A stretch of DNA of 64,000 nt from a virus, in the IMG/VR virus record IMGVR_UViG_2799112719_000001. The stretch is one strand, 5' to 3'. The translations under genes were made by a program, and so were the position numbers. The notes under the pieces were generated by a model. The model ran no database searches. It saw only the letters and a list, made by a program, of their open reading frames with translations, and was not told the origin of the DNA. The first letter of the stretch is position 1. Each line of letters starts with the position of its first letter. Shown here one piece after another: positions 60,640-64,000 of this stretch.

Positions 60640-62277
60640 ATGAATGGACTTCTCGAACTTCTGACAACAAAGCTGTGGATGATTATGCCTGAATACGTCC
60701 ACGGCTCTCGTGCTATTTGGGAGCAAAACCTGAATGGCCGCATAGCACTCGATCTTCAGCAGAAGAAAAAGCCCTATGCCATGCAGATACAGGATGGCCA
60801 GGCTGTCGGTGTCATCAATGAGTACCAGGTGACAGAAAACGGTAAGACTACCTCCCGTTGGTGGATGGACGAAATGGATGCTCCTTTTGTCAATGTCATG
60901 CCGGTGGATGGTCCTATCACTCGTGAAGGTGGTGCTTGCTCCTATGGCTCGATGGATTTGCGCGACTGGATGATGGAGGCTGCAAATAATGAGTTCTGTC
61001 AGGCACACATCTTTGTTATTAACTCTCCTGGTGGTTCTGCATGGGCTATCAATGATTTCAAGCAGGCTATCGACTATGCCCATGAGCATGGTCAGAAGGT
61101 ATATGCTTTCGTGGATGGCCTCTGTGCCTCTGCTGCTATGTACCTGGCCAGCGTATGTGATGAAGTGTACTACATGCACCCCAAGGATATGTTTGGATCC
61201 ATCGGTGTGATGGCCGCTTTCTATACTGAAAAGAATGGCACCACCAATCAGTACACCAATGAGACTTACCATGAGCTGTACGATCCTGAGTCTTACGACA
61301 AAAACAAGTGGTATCGTGACATTGCTGAGAATAGCAAGAATGATAAGAAGCTGATGGATGACCTGAAAAAGACGGGCGTAGAGTTCCGCGCTGACATCCA
61401 AAAGTCTTTCCCTGCTGCTACTGAGAAGCATATCCATGGTGCGCTCTTCGAGGCACAGGAGGTCACAGGCATTCTCTGTGATGGCCAGATGACTCTCGGA
61501 GAGGTCGTTGCCCGTGCCTTTGAGGTAGCCAACGGTTCTGCTACTCCCATTGAGCGCGTCGCTCCTGTTAAGCCGGAGGATGACGTGCCAGAGGATGATC
61601 CAGCTCCCGCCGCTTCTGCAAAAGCAACCACTACTGAAGCATCCGCTTCGGGTGAAAAGAATAACCCCTTAAACAAAGAGAATATGAAACAGTACGAAAA
61701 GATTGCCACCGCTTGCGGTGTAGAAGAGCTTATCGTCAACGAAGAAGGTGCCCACTTCGTGCCCTCTATGTTGGATGCGCTCAATCAGACGCTCGAACAG
61801 CAGGCTTCCGATAAGGCTGCCGCTGATGAGCAGGTACAGACTCTTCAGACCCAGCTCTCTGAGGCAGAGAATGCCAAGACTGAGGCCGTCAACGCCAAGG
61901 AGCAGGAACTGAATGACTCTCACGAGAAGGCTATGGGCGAGTTGAAGACCGCTCACGAGCAGGAGATTAACAACATGAAGCAGCAGCACGAAGAGCAGCT
62001 GAATGCCGAGAAGGAAGCCAAGGGTAAGGTCGAGCAGGAGCTGGCAGAGGTGAAGGAAAGCCTGGCCACTGCCGAGCAGCAGTTGAAAGACCGCGAAGCT
62101 CAGATTGAGACCTTGAAGGGCAAGCCTGGTGATCAGCAGGAGGGTTCGCCTGCCAACAATGGCACTGGTGCTGAGTCTCACGAAGCTACCTGTGGTATGC
62201 CGGACTACGACCACAACAAGACCCCGCTGGAGAATGCCCGCATCCGCAAGGAGTACATGGAATCTCTGCAAAAGTAA
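60640..62277 (+). CDS. S49/ClpP-like prohead protease fused to a coiled-coil scaffold
   Basis: VINSPGGSAWA and DGLCASAAMYLAS. C-terminal E/K/Q coiled coil. Start set after the terminator and TACCTTTG at 60606. Confidence 0.7.
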   Translation: MNGLLELLTTKLWMIMPEYVHGSRAIWEQNLNGRIALDLQQKKKPYAMQIQDGQAVGVINEYQVTENGKTTSRWWMDEMDAPFVNVMPVDGPITREGGACSYGSMDLRDWMMEAANNEFCQAHIFVINSPGGSAWAINDFKQAIDYAHEHGQKVYAFVDGLCASAAMYLASVCDEVYYMHPKDMFGSIGVMAAFYTEKNGTTNQYTNETYHELYDPESYDKNKWYRDIAENSKNDKKLMDDLKKTGVEFRADIQKSFPAATEKHIHGALFEAQEVTGILCDGQMTLGEVVARAFEVANGSATPIERVAPVKPEDDVPEDDPAPAASAKATTTEASASGEKNNPLNKENMKQYEKIATACGVEELIVNEEGAHFVPSMLDALNQTLEQQASDKAAADEQVQTLQTQLSEAENAKTEAVNAKEQELNDSHEKAMGELKTAHEQEINNMKQQHEEQLNAEKEAKGKVEQELAEVKESLATAEQQLKDREAQIETLKGKPGDQQEGSPANNGTGAESHEATCGMPDYDHNKTPLENARIRKEYMESLQK

Positions 62278-62319
62278 TCAAGTTCACTTAGTAATAACCC
62301 CTTAAAAACAAAAAGAATT

Positions 62320-63600
62320 ATGGCTGAAAACAAAGCACCAGAGTTCATCGGTCGTGAGGCTCTTACTCATGTGGCCGAGCAGGTAGGTAAGCAGATCGTG
62401 ATGGGTCCTGCCTACGAAGATCCCGAATTGCTCGATCGTCTGGGCATTCAGGTTATTAGTGGTGTGCAGTTCAAGAAGACTGACCATCTGCTTGTTCGTA
62501 AGGGTGGCACTACCCGTCGTAAGAAGGTTGGTACACCTGTCGAGAACAAGATTGGTTTCCTGAAGGAGCGCACCTTGGTTGCCAAGCTCACCTGGAACCG
62601 CTACAAAGACAACATCGACAACTATGTTGAGACTGTCTTCGGTACCGACGGTAAGGCTGGTGGCGACTATCCTCTCTCTACTGTTGCTGTCGAAGCTATC
62701 CTGAAGTCTTATGCCGAGGATTTGAAGAGCAATCTGTTCTTCGGCAAGATGGCCTACGAGGACAGCGAGGACGAAGCAAAGCAGAAGCTCTCTCTCTACG
62801 ACGGTTTCCATACCGACATTGAGCAGGACATCGAAGATGGTATTATCTCTGCCGAGAATGGCAACCTGATTGCCTGTGATGCTATCTCTGTGCCTTCTGA
62901 TGCACATGACAGCACTCCGTTTGACACGGTGCTGGAGTGGTACACCAAGTGGGATGCCCGTCTGCGCCAGCAGAAGGTGATCAAGCTCCACTGTGACGTG
63001 CTCCGTGGTCTCTACATCGCACAGGGCTATGCCAACAAGTATCATGGCAATACCAAGGTGAACTACCTGCCCAACGGCAACTTCACCGTGCCCGAAATGC
63101 CTCGCGTAGAGTTCTGTCCCTCTGATGCCTGGGGTGTTGGTACACGCCTGATGGCCACTATCCCCAACAACCTCCAGTATGGAGTTGACTCTGAGAACAA
63201 TCAGACCTTCGTTAAGACACAGTTTGGCACCGATGAGGATGCACAGGATGTGGTATTCCAGATCCAGTCTATCCAGGGCACCCGTGTCTTCAATCCGTTG
63301 GCTTCTGCATTCGTTATCAGTGACGGCTCGATTGCTGAGAATGTCATCAATGGTGACTACGAGAACTCGAAGCTGGTCATCACACTGGATGGCGGTGGCT
63401 CCGGCGCAAAGGTAACTGTCAACGGCGAGGACTACGATGAGGTTCAGGAGTTTGCTCCTAACACCATCCTCACGCTGGTGGCTGTGCCTGGTACTGGTAA
63501 GGCTTTCGATCGTTGGTCTAACGGTAAGACCACCGCAACGATCAATGTGACCGCTACGGGTATGCCGATGGCTCTGACCGCATTCTTCAAGAATGCCTAA
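62320..63600 (+). CDS. Major capsid protein (putative)
   Basis: 426-aa ORF directly after the protease-scaffold gene. C-terminal Ig-like extension. Followed by a hairpin at 63606-63632. Confidence 0.55.
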   Translation: MAENKAPEFIGREALTHVAEQVGKQIVMGPAYEDPELLDRLGIQVISGVQFKKTDHLLVRKGGTTRRKKVGTPVENKIGFLKERTLVAKLTWNRYKDNIDNYVETVFGTDGKAGGDYPLSTVAVEAILKSYAEDLKSNLFFGKMAYEDSEDEAKQKLSLYDGFHTDIEQDIEDGIISAENGNLIACDAISVPSDAHDSTPFDTVLEWYTKWDARLRQQKVIKLHCDVLRGLYIAQGYANKYHGNTKVNYLPNGNFTVPEMPRVEFCPSDAWGVGTRLMATIPNNLQYGVDSENNQTFVKTQFGTDEDAQDVVFQIQSIQGTRVFNPLASAFVISDGSIAENVINGDYENSKLVITLDGGGSGAKVTVNGEDYDEVQEFAPNTILTLVAVPGTGKAFDRWSNGKTTATINVTATGMPMALTAFFKNA

Positions 63601-63700
63601 ACCTAATTCCGCACAGGGCGGTTCGCCGCCCTGATGCGGTAACGGTTTCCCTGAGAACAGTTCTGCAAAAAAGTAACAACCCTAAAAATTAGAAAAGAAT

Positions 63701-64000
63701 ATGGCTGATACAGTATCTTGTCCCGCTCTCGATCATTTCCTGAACGCTGACAACTGCTTTGAAAACATTGGTGGCACATCGGCTGTGGCTTACTACTTCG
63801 TCAAAGATGACCTGTCGGCTCCCCTGGAATTGACTGGCAATGTGTACTCTACACCTGCCTTTAAGACTGGTAAGGGCCTCTATCGCATCGACCTGAAGGA
63901 TGAAACCCAGCAGATTAAGGGTGACGGCCAGGGCAACAACAAGGGCTATAATCTGACTTACAACGCCGTCATCGACGCTGTGAATAAGAAGGTGAGCCTC
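63701..64000 (+). CDS. 3'-partial structural-module protein
   Basis: ATG at 63701 has the same leader style as the capsid gene (AAAAGAAT-ATGGCTGA). Open to the window end. Confidence 0.4.
   Translation, partial: MADTVSCPALDHFLNADNCFENIGGTSAVAYYFVKDDLSAPLELTGNVYSTPAFKTGKGLYRIDLKDETQQIKGDGQGNNKGYNLTYNAVIDAVNKKVSL

Noticed and set aside
60601-63045. Minus-strand ORFs 60601-61437, 61669-62271 and 62302-63045
   Set aside because: They are antisense to the protease-scaffold and capsid genes, and their composition is typical of shadow frames.
5177-63703. Many genes start with ATGGC(A/T)AA (Met-Ala-Lys/Asn)
   Set aside because: This is real but probably reflects a general preference for an A-rich, unstructured initiation region together with N-terminal Met-Ala processing. 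It is not specific enough to report as a signal.
1-64000. tRNA/rRNA genes, integrase, att sites and transposases
   Set aside because: By eye I found no T-loop-like GGTTCGAAT-type segments or cloverleaf candidates, and no tyrosine or serine recombinase motifs. A tRNAscan/HMM run would be needed to be certain.

Overview
Gene-dense segment (about 90 ORFs) of a tailed dsDNA phage, or phage-plasmid, of a Bacteroidota-type host. Host inference rests on several TAnnTTTG -7 / TTTG -33 promoter boxes and the absence of Shine-Dalgarno leaders. Layout, left to right:
- A 5'-truncated GC-rich protein with an HEWFH zincin motif.
- A plus-strand block with an N6-adenine MTase and a truncated NAD-ligase.
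- A plasmid-like maintenance module: ParA, an RHH ParG-like protein, an iteron/AT-rich origin and a Rep_3-like initiator.
- An 11-kb minus-strand block of about 27 small genes (YopX, GNAT, an N6/N4 MTase, a radical SAM protein).
- An XRE-repressor control region.
- A replication module: DEDD exonuclease, 1213-aa primase-helicase, SSB-like protein, sliding clamp, HNH endonuclease, dUTPase.
- An unusual C5-cytosine methyltransferase locus (39.09-42.16 kb).
- An 1879-aa tape measure protein, followed by about 1 kb of non-coding DNA.
- A second nucleotide/DNA-modification cluster: VirE-type primase, ThyX-like protein, SplB-like radical SAM, Dam-like MTase, DUF4406-like, ASCH and DUF2829/Tad2-like proteins.
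- The start of the head module: S49 protease-scaffold and major capsid protein.
No tRNA, rRNA, CRISPR array, integrase or transposase was recognised.
Main hunt results:
1. One circularly permuted C5-MTase core is flanked by nine or ten mini-ORFs that look like detached target-recognition-domain cassettes. Each ends in an IEYDL-type motif, and they are chained by overlapping start/stop codons.
2. Eleven G/C homopolymer tracts sit inside genes, mostly DNA-modification genes. All are in frame only at length 8, and nine are currently out of frame.
3. A phage-specific tandem 8-nt leader repeat (TTCATnAA) lies directly upstream of at least 16 start codons.
All functional calls come from motif recognition by eye. 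No database search was possible.
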